A stretch of DNA of 64,000 nt from Malacoraja senta (taxonomy: Eukaryota), in NCBI GenBank assembly GCA_038087875.1, contig CM075989.1, positions 11,534,001-11,598,000 on the forward strand, read 5' to 3'. The translations under genes and the position numbers were made by a program. The first letter of the stretch is position 1, and the number at the start of each line of letters is the position of its first letter. This document shows, in pieces, positions 41,301 to 54,693 of this stretch. Below the pieces are notes generated by a model that ran no database searches, had not been told where the DNA came from, and worked only from the letters and a program-made list of their open reading frames with translations.

Positions 41301-43407
41301 AAAATAAATGCCAAGACAAATCTGCACAAACCAATGAATTAAGCAATCAAAGCGCAAAGACAATATTCCATATTCACAATGAGAACTAACATGAAAGCAC
41401 CGTGCACATCACATTCAATCTAGATAAACTAGTGATACACATCTAAAGGTTTGATGCAAAAAAAAAGACAATTATGCCAATGTGTTTTTCTGAGGGGTTG
41501 GGGTTTGCATGCAGTTATCAGCAAGCAAACTGACCAAAGCAGTGAAGCAGATGGTAACATGCAAAAAAAAACTGAAACCAAATCTAAATGTGTTATCTGC
41601 ATGAAGATTTACTTCAAAAATACTTTTATCCATTTACTTGACTCACAAACTGCTTTAGAACACTATCAGTTTATGAGTTTGTATTTAGGTTCTTCGGCAT
41701 TAGAGAGAGCACTTAATTTATTATATTCTCAAATTTCTGAAATTCTTTTTTAATAATGTATCTGGCTGAGATAGTGGATGTGCAAAATAATGCAGGGCAG
41801 ACAATGTGGCCTGAGAGATTAGGAAATGTGAGAAGGCCCATGCAGCTCTTTTTCAGTCTATCTGAAGTGACTGACCATTCCTCTGGACCATCATCAAATA
41901 ATAGAAAAATAAAAATGTTAGTTTGGCTGGTCACTGGAGGGGGAAAACATTTTCACTTTCACTGGAACAATGCATAATTCTATACCAATTCACGGCTGTT
42001 TTCACCCCTCCCCCTCATCCTACTTTCTTCCTTGCGGCATAGTCATTTAGGAAGATGTTAGTTATGGTTGTCATCCTGATAAAAATACTTCCAGTTCAGC
42101 TGGCACCAGACGTGTCCGTTGCACTGTGAGATGAAAAGGTCACTTCTTTTCACGGCACTTAAAAATCATGTTGATTTGTACATTCATTCTGTGAATCCAA
42201 GTTCATTTTCATTTGAAGTGAATGAAGTAAAAACTTTGCTCTGCAAGTTAGAGTCAGTTCATGCAGCGCAGAAACAGGTCTGACGGCCCAACTCATCCAT
42301 GCGACCAAGGTGCTTTCCTGAGTTGGTCTCATTTACCTGTATTCGGCAGAATCCAATAGTGGCTTTTAGATCGGCACATGGGTAGTCAGGAAATGGAGCG
42401 CTGTAGATCAGGTGCAAACAGACGAGATTGGTCTACTTTAGCATCATGTTCGGCGCAGACACTTAGGCCAAAGGCCTGTTCATGTGCGCTACTGCTCAAT
42501 GTTTTATGTTCTATTCCTCTAAATTGTCCTACTGCACGAACCTGCCAAAAGTCCTTTAAATATGTAATTGTCCCAGTCTCTACCACTTACTCTAGTAGCT
42601 CATGCTCTTTACCCACCACCCTGTGGAAAAACCCACTTCTCGGATCCCCTTTAGATTTCCCCCCTCTCATCTTAAACCCATGTAGGGCCTCTAGACTCCC
42701 CTACCCTTGGAAAAAGGCTGCAGCCAATCACTTTTCTATACCTCTCATGATTTTGTGTACTTCTATAAGATCACCCCTTCGCCTCCCTCGCTCCAGGGAA
42801 AGCAGTTCCAGTCTCTTTATAACTCAAGTCAAAAGTGACAGCAAAAGCCTGGTGAATCTTTTCTTATCCCAGCTTAATCACATCTTATAAAGTTAGTCTT
42901 CATGTTCTTTAGGTTACGAAGTTGTACATCAGCTCTGACTCATTTTCAAAAATTACAAGTATAAACTAGGAAAGGCTCTTGTGCCAAGGATGAGCATCCA
43001 TTTCAGCAATTCATGATGTTGCATAAAATACCTAGTTTAATTAAAAATGAGGGATAGGGAAATAAAATATTGATAAATTTCACCCAACACGCCACTCAAA
43101 ATGCCACGAGCACAGTTTCCGATTTCATTCAGGGAGTCCCAAAAACTAAGGTAGATGGGAAATGAGGAGGAAAATACTAGCTTCCTCTGACGCAGCTGCA
43201 TGATAACACTGACTACACTCAGATTAGTGAGTCACCAAAATAAGCTTAAGAAATGCCAAAATAGGAAAATTTAAACTAAAATGTTTTACTAAAGAAACAA
43301 CTACAGCATCACAAACCAAACCAAGAAACTAAACTGACTTTTGTGTTCAACCAAACTACAAAAAGAGATGGCAAGTACTTTACCTCAAAGTCTGCCACCA
43401 CTGCAAT

Positions 43408-43860
43408 CTCAAATTAATAGAAATAAACTATAGGCAAGAAAAAAAGTGATCAACATCATTCTGAAACTGAACTTCTGAGATGCCAATCACTGAATGATCC
43501 AGTGTAAAGATCCCATGTAACCAGATGAAAAGGTTTATTTGTACAAATCTCATAGAGTGGTCTTGCAAATAAACTGAAACTTGGGTGTACTGAAAAATTT
43601 CAAAGTATCTTCAAATAAACTTAGTTTCCAGTGGTCTATTATCTTTCAGTTCTTTAATTCAATAGAAACAGGTTGATGAATGCCCTAGCTCATTTCAGGC
43701 ACATTTCCTTAAAATATCACGTGGACCATAAACACTATGGCAAAACCAATGCAGAATGTAAAGTTAAAACTAATAAAAGGAACAGAGTGGGAGAAACTCA
43801 GAGCACAAATAGGCAGAGGGAAGGAAGGTAATCAAATGGCTTTAATCTTATGGACTAACC
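43408..43860 (+). repeat. ~450-bp local direct duplication, copy A
   Basis: Aligns by eye along its whole length with 45726-46173. Confidence 0.95.
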
Positions 43861-44032
43861 TCCTTATGTCATGGTCGTTTTATAGGTGTACCAACAGACT
43901 TAAGTATTTAAGTTGATTAAAAAAAATGCTTTCTTCCAAATATAAACAAAGGTAATAAAACTGATATACCTTGTGGAGAAAGTCCACAGCCTAACTAAAA
44001 ATTACTGAATGCTTGGAGCACTGAAATATTCA

Positions 44033-44356
<324 letters not shown>

Positions 44357-45725
44357 TTATTATTGCAAGTGGATGTCAACAGAAACCAGACCATCTTCAA
44401 AATTTTCCTCTGGAATTCTTTAATTCTCTATAGTTTCAAAGGACAAAAAATTCCAAAAGCAGGAAGTATTGAATTAAAAAATCCCAGGCCCAGTTGATAG
44501 TTTTTTCTTAGCCCCCTGACACCTTTCCCCCTTTAATCAGTGACATGCTGCCACAGTGCTTTCCTTAGCCTGTTCAGGATGCAGAGCGTTATCGGTTGGT
44601 CAATATTGTGGATTTACAGCTGTAATTAAAAAAACTGAAATCTGAGAAAATTAAAAACAGATAGAAGTTTATTTTGTCCAAATAACCCATGCTTGCATTC
44701 AAAAAGCCATAGAAAACAGAAGATGATGTAAATCAGAAAATAAAAATGCTGAAAATATTCAACAGGTCATACATGCAGCATCTGTGGGGATAAAGAGTTA
44801 ATATTTCATGTTGACAACCATTAATCAGAAAGGTTAATACCCCTGTCTGCTGAGTATTTCCAGCATTTTGTTTTTATTCCATGCCCACATTCAATTAAGA
44901 ATTCACAACAAAATGTGTTAATCATGGTTCCTATTAAATTACCAGTCCTATTAAATTCCGATATTGAGCAATACCTATGTCAGTCAGACGAAAAACATTC
45001 AGATAGAATGGGGTAATCTGAACCTCGTGCTCAGATTATGGTAACAAATTTATGTGGCATTTACAATTATATTTAAGGCCATTAGAATTCATAACTGAGA
45101 AATAACTGTGACAACAATGAGACAAGTATCAAAGAGATATTTATAGGCTCTGGACAGTCCACTGACCATTTAGTGTCATATACACCACACTTTGCAACCA
45201 GAAAATGCAAGGATTTCAGCTGCAAGGCAGCTCCACCATAAGAAATCATTCCTATGGTGCTATTTATTTGAACTGAATGTGTTCTGCATTTCAAAACTAT
45301 TTAATGCTTCAGTGTGTAGCTCATTTTAGATCGTTTAATTTGTTTAATGGCATTTAAATATTAATTGTGGAAAATGTCTCACTTGTTTCCTCCTACTGTT
45401 GGAGAAATTATATACCCCTGATAGAATTGGGTGTAGGCAAGGGGATGTTTACAATTACTGGTTGAAGCATAGAATAAAACAGCAAGAAGAATATGCTAAA
45501 CTACACTGAGATATTAGTTAGATCCAAGCCAGAATATGTGTGTGTCCTGGTCACCATACTAAAGGAAGGAAGTCAGAATACTAAAAAAAGGTGCAGGGAA
45601 ATTTGCCAATGTTGCCAAGAATTTTAATTATGTGTAGAGATAAGCTAAACTGGCATTGTTTTCCTTGGAACAAGATGTTCAGGGGGGTGGGGGTGAGGGT
45701 GGGGGCGATGAAGAGGGGGTATTAA

Positions 45726-46173
45726 CTCAATTTATAGAAATAAACTGTACGCAAGAAAAAGTGATCAACATCATTCTAAAACTGAACTTCAGAGATGCCA
45801 ATCACAGAATGATCCAGTGTAAAGATCTCATGTAACCAGATGAAAAGGTTTATTTATACAAATCTCATCTAATGGCCTTGCAAATAATCTGAAACTTGGG
45901 TGTACTGAAAAATCTCAAAGTATCTCCAAATAAACTTAGTTTCCCATTGGTCTATAATCTTTCTGTTCTTCAATTCAATAGAAACTGGATGATTGCCCTA
46001 GTTCATTCCAGACACATTTATTAAAAATATCACGTGGACCATAAACACTATGGCAAAACGAAAACAAAATGTAAAGTTAAAACAAATAAAAGGAACAGAG
46101 TGGGAGAAACTCAGAGCACAAATAGGCAGAGGGAAGGAAGGTAATCAAATGGCTTTAATTTTATGGACTAACC
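45726..46173 (+). repeat. ~450-bp local direct duplication, copy B
   Basis: Aligns with 43408-43860; flanked on both sides by G-rich tracts. Confidence 0.95.
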
Positions 46174-47277
46174 AATTTAAGGGGGGGGGGGGGGGGGGGG
46201 AGGAGAGAAAATCCCTCAACACATTTACAAAGCAACATAACAGCATACAGCCCCACTATACAAGCACAACAAATAACCTGATCTGCTCTATTTTTGCCTT
46301 ACACAGGTATAGAGGTAAATGGCCTCCTTCCATTCCTTTAATTTCTAAGGCTCTATGACAGTCACAATGGTGACAAGAATTGAAACTGTGGAACTCAATT
46401 AACTTGAGGTATGTGACAAATTACAGCATAACTGACTAGGGCTGTCTTTAAACTAGTTCAATGTAGGCATGGAGGATTATATGCCTCCATCATATAATCT
46501 TCTAACCTACAAGGTGCCTTACACAAAATCATTCCCCCACATCACCTTCCTATCAACAATTCACAAAAATGAAATTTAGATATATTTTGTAATATTCTGC
46601 TAATCTTCTCCTGGTTTGCTTAAAATTGAATCAATTCCAGGAGCCTCAGGCTTGGCAATCTTACAAAACATTAACTGGGAATAAAGCAAGACTGCCGTCA
46701 ACTGCAAAATAAATTATTCTATTCACAAATATAATGGGAAATAATTTGGTAGACTTGCACATTATATATACCCAGTGGAGACAGTACACACTACTACTGA
46801 AACATGGGTTCAAGTAATTTGATGCTTACTTTGCCATTACACTGGAAATATGAAAGTGACAAAAAGCACACAATTATTGCTGCAACTGCATGGGGCTTTG
46901 GTGGTTCCACATGACGTACAGTGAAGACAATTTTCATCGCCTAAGGAAGGATATGCCGTCTTAGTGGCATTGCAACTAAGTGTCACTAGACTGATTCCGG
47001 GATCCAGGATGTGCACTTCTGAAGAAAGATGGAGCCCACACAGCCCATTAGAAGTCGAAAAGTTATCTTAATGAAATATACAAAATTCTGAAGAGGCTTC
47101 TCTAAAACAAACTGGCAGAGGTGGTGGTGGAACCAGATACAAGTGCAATGTTTAAAGGTTTTTGGACATGGACTGGAATAGTACAGGAGGAGAGGGATGC
47201 AGACCTAATGTAGGCAAAATAGGATTAGCAAAGAGCAGCATCACTGTCGGTAGACACAAAATGCTGGAGTAACTCAG

Positions 47278-47530
47278 AGAGTTCACCCAGAGAGTTGTGA
47301 ATTTATGGAATTCCCTGCCACAGAGGGCAGTGGAGGTCAAATCACTGGATGGATTTAAGAGAGTTAGATAGAGCTCTAGGGGCTAGTGGAGTCAAGGGAT
47401 ATGGGGAGAAGGCAGGCACGGGTTACTGATAGGGTACGATCAGCCATGATCACAATGAATGGCGGTGCTGGCTCAAAGGGCCGAATGGCCTCCTCCAGCA
47501 CCTATTTTCTATGTCTATGTCTATGTCTTC
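47278..47530 (+). mobile_element. 5'-truncated CR1 tail nested in a Penelope-derived repeat
   Basis: TSD taactcag (47270-47277, 47531-47538), (TCTATG)n tail, same family as 35089-36370. Confidence 0.85.
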
Positions 47531-48783
47531 TAACTCAGCGGGTCAGGCAGCATCTCTGGACAGAAGGAATGGGTGACGTTTCGGGTCGAGAGCATGGACA
47601 AGATGGTCCAAAGAGGCTAACATTTGGGCTGTGTAATTCTCTGAATTTCTACTCAGAGTGAAAGGCATTTTCAGAATTTTCTACTGGATAGCTTTGGAGG
47701 AGGAATCTTTGAACATATTCAAAGTTGAGATCAATTTCTGATGTTTGGGGAAACCATGAATAATGGGGATTAGGAGGAACAAAGATCCAACATGATCTTA
47801 TCAAAAAGCACAAACATTTGAGGCATCTTAAGTACGGCTATCTTCTATGAACTGAATCACACCTTATCACCCAAGTTTTGGCCTCCCAACATGCTACAAC
47901 TGACATTTACTGTTTGGCTTCTCATCTTGTGCAGCACCACAGCATTTGCTGTAATCACACAATCTTAACAAGCTTACTCAAACAGATATTGACATCTTCC
48001 ATTGTGAACATCAACTTCGAAGTTCATAAATAGAAATGAATGCCAGGGACAGAATCCACGCTTTAAAGAGGGTAATATAACCTATTGTCATGGTCCAATT
48101 ATCTATTAACCTTTAACCACAATCAACTAAAGATTGTGTTTTGGCTTTGTGTACAGTATCACTGGATATCTATCTTTTATCACTAAACAAAATTATTTGT
48201 TAAGATAGTTAATGACATTATGTATTTGTCGTGGACACCATCTAGATTGGTCACTGCTATGCATGGTCCCACCCAGATAGTTGTTTAAAGCGAGCCTGTA
48301 GCCCACTGACATCCAATTGTCAGCTCCTGCAACTGCTGAAGGGTGTTATTTAATAACACCGCTCCAATCTGATCCAGCCGGAAAGGATTTCCATGCTTCC
48401 TATCTGCAACACAAGGACACTGTTCACACACCATGCGTGGTTTCCTAAAATCCTCCAAGGATGTTATATTTTCTTTATGAATAGATATAGGTTAAAAAAA
48501 AAAAAGTATATTGTTAAAGACACCAGACAATTGCAAGAGATCCTTGAAATTGATTTGTTACAAAGATTATGATAAACCGATGTTTAAAATGTCTCATTTA
48601 AAATGTGCTAACTCATAGATGTGTACTGAAAGAGCAGGTTTAGGTTTTTTTGGTTTTACAATGGCATTTAACAAGCTGCAATAAATGAGTGGCATAATGC
48701 AGAAACAGGGACAGGTGTTACAAATTAGCTCCCCATGAAAAGCAGAGTTGTTGATGCGATCATTACGCACAAAGAACACTCAC

Positions 48784-48966
48784 CTCGTTGACCTTTAACG
48801 TGCTCTCTGAGTTCATTTGCTTTCTCATGGACTTTCCCACCCTGCCGATGAAAATGATTTGACAATGCTTGGCCAGGAATTAAGTGTGGAGCTTGATTAG
48901 ATGGCAGCTGCATGACAGACTCCTTCGTTAATTGCATTAATTTTCCTTGATGCTTCTTATCCAAGA
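48784..48966 (-). CDS. GOLM2: GOLM2 coding exon, 183 nt
   Basis: tttgtctcacaaatatag|TC TTG GAT...CAA CGA G|gtgagt. (V)LDKKHQGKLMQLTKESVMQLPSNQAPHLIPGQALSNHFHRQGGKVHEKANELREHVKGQR, with an LIPG motif as in human. Phase 1/1. Confidence 0.87.
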
Positions 48967-49067
48967 CTATATTTGTGAGACAAAGGAACAAATTTTAATT
49001 CAGATATATCTTTTCGTAATGTAATTATCACATTATGTATGCAAACAGAACACAAATTTCAGATTAT

Positions 49068-49695
49068 GAAGATAGTCACAAAAAGCTGGAGTAACTCAAG
49101 ACAGGCAGCATCTCTGGAGAGAAAAAATGGGTGTCATTTCGGGTCTAGACCCTTCTTCAGATTGGTTAGGGATAAGGGAAACGAGAGATAGACGGTGATG
49201 TGGAGAAATAAAGAACAATGAATGAAAGATATGCAAAAAAGTAACAATGATAAAGGAAATTAGCCATTGTTAGCTGTTTGTAGGGTGAAAATGAGAAGCT
49301 AGTGCGACTCGGGTGGGAGGGGGATAGAAAGAGAATGCCGGGGTTAGTTGAAGTGAGAGAAATCAATATTCATGCCACTAGGCTGTCAGCTGCCCAAGCG
49401 AAATATGAGACGCTGTTCCTCCAATTTGCGTTTCGCCTCACTCTGACAATGGAGGAGACCAAGGACAGAAAGGTCTGTGTAGGAATGGGAAGGAGAATTA
49501 AAGTGTCCAGGTTGGTTCACGGGGGCTGAGCGAAGGTGTTCTGCAAAACGATCTCCCAGTCTGCGTTTTGTCTCGCCAATGTATAACCGTCCACATCTTG
49601 AACAATACAGATACAGTAGATGAGGTTGTAGGAGGTACAAGTGAATCTCTGCCTGGGGAGGGGGTGGTTTGGGTGGGAAGGGATGAGTTAACCTG
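49068..49695 (-). mobile_element. Penelope-like element 3' fragment (GIY-YIG)
   Basis: YCSRCGRLYIGETKRRLGDRFAEHLRS...KRKLEEQRLIFRLGS and a terminal repeat with a degenerate hammerhead. Confidence 0.88.
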
Positions 49696-50113
49696 GGAAG
49701 TTGGGCTCCCCCCCCCCCCCCGCGCATGCGTAACATGCATGCAGCAATTGTTACGCAACCCATGTAATTTTTAAGTTGGAGTAATATTATGCTTTCTACT
49801 CTCAAATAGGAGAATTTGGGTCTGACTTTCTAACACCAGTATTCTACATTATTTTACAGGCCTGGCTCTTATTACATCTGCCTGCTGAGAATCAGTAAAT
49901 GATAGTGGGAGGGGAGTGTGGCACTGGGATGGTGAAAGGGTGAGGGAATAGATGAAAATGAGGAACTGATGGACATGCTGATTGAAACACAAGAGTGGTA
50001 GTTTAGCCAGTGCCATGAGCCGAGACAATTCAGGTTGTTACACACCAATTTAGACAGCTGCAAATGCCTAAATAACTGTTTTAAAGACTGAGTGCTCCAC
50101 AAATGACATTTAC

Positions 50114-50371
50114 CTTGCTGCTGATTCTGAGACTCTCCAAATTCATCTGCTCTGACATGAACGTCATCAACTTCCATGTTGGCTAGGTCCTCAGGGTCTC
50201 CAGGATTTGGCATGTTTACATTGACTTGTTTCTCTGCTTGATTATCATGCTGCACAGGGAGTTTGGGTGGAGCCTGCATAGCTGGACCCCGATGGTCAGG
50301 CTCTACTTCATTCTCCATGCTCTTAGCTGGTGGTTTCTCGATCCTTTCAAAGTTCATCTTGTCTTTGTGAT
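50114..50371 (-). CDS. GOLM2: GOLM2 coding exon, 258 nt (low-complexity lumenal region)
   Basis: ttattccttcag|AT CAC AAA...CAG CAA G|gtaaat. (D)HKDKMNFERIEKPPAKSMENEVEPDHRGPAMQAPPKLP...GESQNQQQ, open for 85 codons, phase 1/1. Confidence 0.87.
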
Positions 50372-50897
50372 CTGAAGGAATAATTTAGTACGACGTTAAT
50401 CATTTCTGCTCTATCCATTTAAAACTTTAGTTGGATAAAATGATCCACAATTTGCATCTACACAATTCTGTAGAATTAAGACCTAGGCTCAGCACACACA
50501 CACAAAGCAGAGAAGGAGTTAATGTCCACTGGCAAATGAAACGCCTTTCATCATATAATCAGGCCAAAATTGTGAAATAAACATCTTGGTCCCATAGTTG
50601 CCATCTTCTGCATTGCCATTACTCATCACCCCTGGGAAGAATTAGCAATAGTTACAAAACTAACTGGACGTATAATCAAAGTTTGACTGTTCCATTTAAA
50701 ATTAATTGTAATAGATCATGTATTAATGTGGCACATAAACAGGAGACACATTTGAGAACCCTGGTAAGGTGAAGAGTAGCTATGGAGCTAAATTCCAGAG
50801 TATTCTCATAACAATAGGTAAAGAAAATGAATTTTGCATTTCAGCCTGCAAAAGAAGCAAATGCAATGTGAACTTATCAAGCTACAAAGATTATGGA

Positions 50898-52132
50898 CTA
50901 GACCAGGTGCAGACCCGTTGGCCCCGTCCTCCAAGGCAATATTCCACCACTGACCCATAGCCCCCAACTGCGCAGGCACGGCTGAGGTTCCCGTTGTGAC
51001 GCCAGAGATCCCCGTGTGACGCAAGTCACGGCAACCCTCCCCCAACTGTGCCTTGCCATTCCTCTTCATACCCCTATCCTCGTCCATTCCTACTCATGCC
51101 CCCAGCAGTCCCACCCCCTCTTCACACCTCCCCTCTTTGGGTGAAATTGGGAAATTGCGGTTTGCAGCTCCTAGACTGTGAACAGCATCCCTCTTCCCAT
51201 CAGAACTGCCCCCTCCGTCGACTCCTTTAAGTCGAGACTAAAAACTCATCTTTACTCTCAAGCCTTTCTTGACGTCCTCCGAGTGAGGGCTATATGTATG
51301 CATTTTTGTATGTAATTTATCTATGAACCACTGTTGTATAACGTTAGTACCTCCACCAACGAGAGTTGTTTTGTAAATGTGCTAAATAAATAAATGCGAC
51401 TTGACTTTTCTTTCCCCCTCTCCTCCTCCCCTCCCTCACCTCCCACTCCTTTCCCTGCCTCAGTCACTCCCTCCCTCCATTACCCCTCTCCCCTCCTCTA
51501 CATCTCCCTGCTCCCTCACGTCACCTCCCCCACTGCCCTCCTCTCCTTTTATCTCCACTACTCTCCCTCTATCCCCCCTCCTCCCACACTGTCCCTCCTC
51601 ACCTCCCCCACTTTCCCCTCCCACCCCCTCCTCTCCCCCTACACCCTGCTCCCCCACTCACCTCCCCCCCCCCCACAATGAAAATAGCGATTTTTTAAAA
51701 TGAAACATCCCTACTACCCCACCCTCCCCCCACCACAATGAAAATCGAGATTTTTCTTTAAAATAACCTAAACACAATGTTAGCTGTTAATGAAAACGGA
51801 AGATTGATTAAAACGGAGTTTTTTTGAAAATCGCGATTTTTTTTTAATGTAAATGAGATTCAGGATCCCATTGTCACCTCATTGTGACATTGACAAATGC
51901 GGCTGATGGGCAGGGCAAGTGGAAAAGTTGTTTGAAAATTGTTGTCTATAAATTTTAAAATGTCAATAACTCGTAAAATATCACATGAATCCAAACGAAA
52001 ATTGTTTCATTTACATTCCAGGACAATGGTGAGTAACGTGGGCCAAAAATTGTAGCGCTATCATGTACCGTTTTGGCGGGGTTTTGGGATCTCACGCACA
52101 TACAAACAAGATTAGAGTTTTAGATAGATAGA
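50898..52132 (-). mobile_element. Non-autonomous Helitron-like element, copy 2 (with nested LINE tail)
   Basis: Minus strand A|TCTATCTATCTAAAACTC...TGGTCTAG|T, same internal blocks as copy 1. Nested L2-like 3' end at ~51150-51400 (IRTAPSVDSFKSRLKTHLYSQAF). Confidence 0.75.
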
Positions 52133-54612
52133 TATAAAATGTAAAAATATTAATTTAATTAATATCATTTATTTAAACAGTGGTCCTAAGATGTGGACAT
52201 CTAGCACTTGCCCCACACCTGTCCTTCATGTCTTTATACTTTATTATCTCCCCTCTACTCTTTTGACCTATGCGAGGGGTCTCAATCCAAAACATCAACA
52301 ATGCACTTTTCTTCACGGAAGCTGCTCGACCCAGTGAGTTCCTTCAGCAGATTGCTTGATGCTCCAGATCCCAGCATCTGCAGTGTTTCATATTTCCAGG
52401 TCTCTACTCTTAAATACTGCCATGTCATAAGGAAAACTCAGGAAGATTGAATCAAAATGGGCTGAATGGCCTTTCTCAGTAGACACAAAATGCTGGAGTA
52501 ACAGCAGGACAGGCAGCGTCTCTGAACAAAAAAAAAAAAAAGGGTGATGTTTCCAGTCGAGACCCTTCAGACCGAGTCAGGGGAGAGGTTGGTACTGAGA
52601 TAAGGAAGTGAAAGGTGTGAAACCGAGACAAGGGGGATGGAGAGAAAGGAAAATGTAGAATAGATCATTGTAGCTAGAAGGCAACAACAAACATCACCCA
52701 TTCCTTCTATCCAGAGATGCTGCCTGTTCCACTGAGTTACTCAAGTGAAGTTCAAGTTACATTTATTGTCACTTGCACCAATTGGTACAGTGAGATTTGA
52801 GTTACCATATAGCCATACAAATAAAAAGACAATACACAATAGAGTTTAACATGAACATCCCCCACAGTGGAATCAACGTTTCCCCACTGTGAGGGAAGGC
52901 AATAAAGTTCAGTCATCTTCCTCTTTGTTCACCCATGGCCGGGCCTTTGAACCCTCCACCCTCGGAGAAAAGACATCTCCGACCAGCTAAGTGACTGGGA
53001 AACGGTTTCCCCCATCCCCCCCCCCCCCCAATAAAAAAAGCCTTTAAAACATCATTTTAGACACATTAAAAATAACAAAAAGGGTGAAAGGACGGACAGC
53101 TGCTGGCGAGGCTGCCACTCTCGATGGCGCCACACAATACTACAGCATTGTGTCTATCTTTGGTTTAAACCAGCATCTGCAGTTCCTTCCTACAAGATAC
53201 AGCCTTCCTCGGGCGTTTCTAACATTAAAAAAAACTGCTCTAAATGCTATTTGGCGTACAAGTTTCCTACTCTGAGATTACCACAAGATGGCACTGCAAC
53301 CAGTGTTTTGCTACAATGTTTTTCCCATTTTCCTGTCCCAACCCCTAGCATTCAATGCAAAATAAACAAAAAATGCATTTTAATGTAGCACATCTGTCTT
53401 TCAGTGAGCCTCATTTGTTGGAGGCAGGGTGAGTAAATTAAAATGCCTGTAGCTATGGGATACAAAATAATGCGTAACTGTAATATAAAAACCCATCTAC
53501 CTCATTAATGTCCTTTTGGGAATAAATAGGCCATTGTTATAGTCTGCCCTGTACATAACTTCAAGCGCAATGCAGTAGACACTCTGCTGACAAAGTTCCG
53601 CATGGTAGGCTGCTCTGGAAGGCTAGATCACATGGGATCCAAGGAGAGATAACTGACTGGATAGAAAATTGGCTTCTAAGAAGGAAGCAGAGAGTAATGG
53701 TGGCAAGTTGCTTTTCGGACTGGAGGCCAGTGACTAGTGGTGTGCCTCAGAGTAAGGTGTTGCCTCAATGTGAGCCGTTGCATTTTAGGAAGTCTAACAA
53801 GAGCAGGACCTACGGTACACAGTGAATGGTAGGGCTCTGGGGCATGTTATATTTCCATTTGTTTTCAGGATAAGAGAAACATGTAATGTTCTTCAAAATA
53901 TTACAATGGGTGTTATCTATAATTTATCAGTAAAACAATTAGCCTGAACGTTTGCTTTTTGGATGATTCAGAGAACATTCCACTGAGTTTAGAACTTTCA
54001 AACAGCAGGATGCAAGGACTGGAGGAAGCATGGAACTAACCTACTAGTGTGCACTTCATGGTACATTAGGGAACTTTACAGTCTCTTAGCTAGGGTAAAC
54101 TGTCAAAGGGAAAAAGACAAGCAAACATTTACAATAATTCACAAAGGGGGTGCTAGGATGCAAGTAATTTAATATAAAGATTATAGTAGGAAGGAAGATT
54201 AAATTTCCTGCACCCAACCACTGGTTCTTACTGCAGAAAATGGGCAGAGGAAAAATAGTTAATGGAAGCAGATTAACATTGCCAGCTCATTACAACATCA
54301 GCTTCCTAGGGACTCCGGAATAGAACACAATAATGAAACTAAATACATTCACCAATATTTACATAAATGCTAAACAGTTTGGGAAATTTCCAACTAATTT
54401 TATGATACGATACAAGTCTTAATGAAATGGCAACATTCAAGTGTATTCATACAAAATGTATAAGAAAGAACTGCAGATGCTGGTTTAAATCGAAGATAAA
54501 CACAAAATGCTGGAGTAACTCAGCGGGTCAGGGGAGTGGGCGGGACAAAGATAGAATGTAGTCGGGAGATATAGATAGAATGTATTCATAAAAATGTGTT
54601 GCTTATACATAC

Positions 54613-54693
54613 CAACCAACATATCCATGGACTTTCCCTGTTCATTTTCTTCTATCCCAGGCATTCCAGCATCATCATCTGCTTTGCCCACAT
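54613..54693 (-). CDS. GOLM2: GOLM2 coding exon, 81 nt
   Basis: ttgtctttacag|AT GTG GGC...GTT G|gtatgt. (N)VGKADDDAGMPGIEENEQGKSMDMLV contains the GOLM2 signature DAGMPGIEEN. Confidence 0.95.

Noticed and set aside
42378..42890. 170-aa plus-strand ORF
   Set aside because: Read-through of antisense CR1 tail fragments; no coding signature.
51394..51703. Pro/Ser-rich ORFs
   Set aside because: Low-complexity pyrimidine core of the Helitron-like element.
53095..53132. GC-rich 5' head of the nested element as another HDV-like ribozyme
   Set aside because: Could not build a consistent P1/P2/P3/L3 topology.
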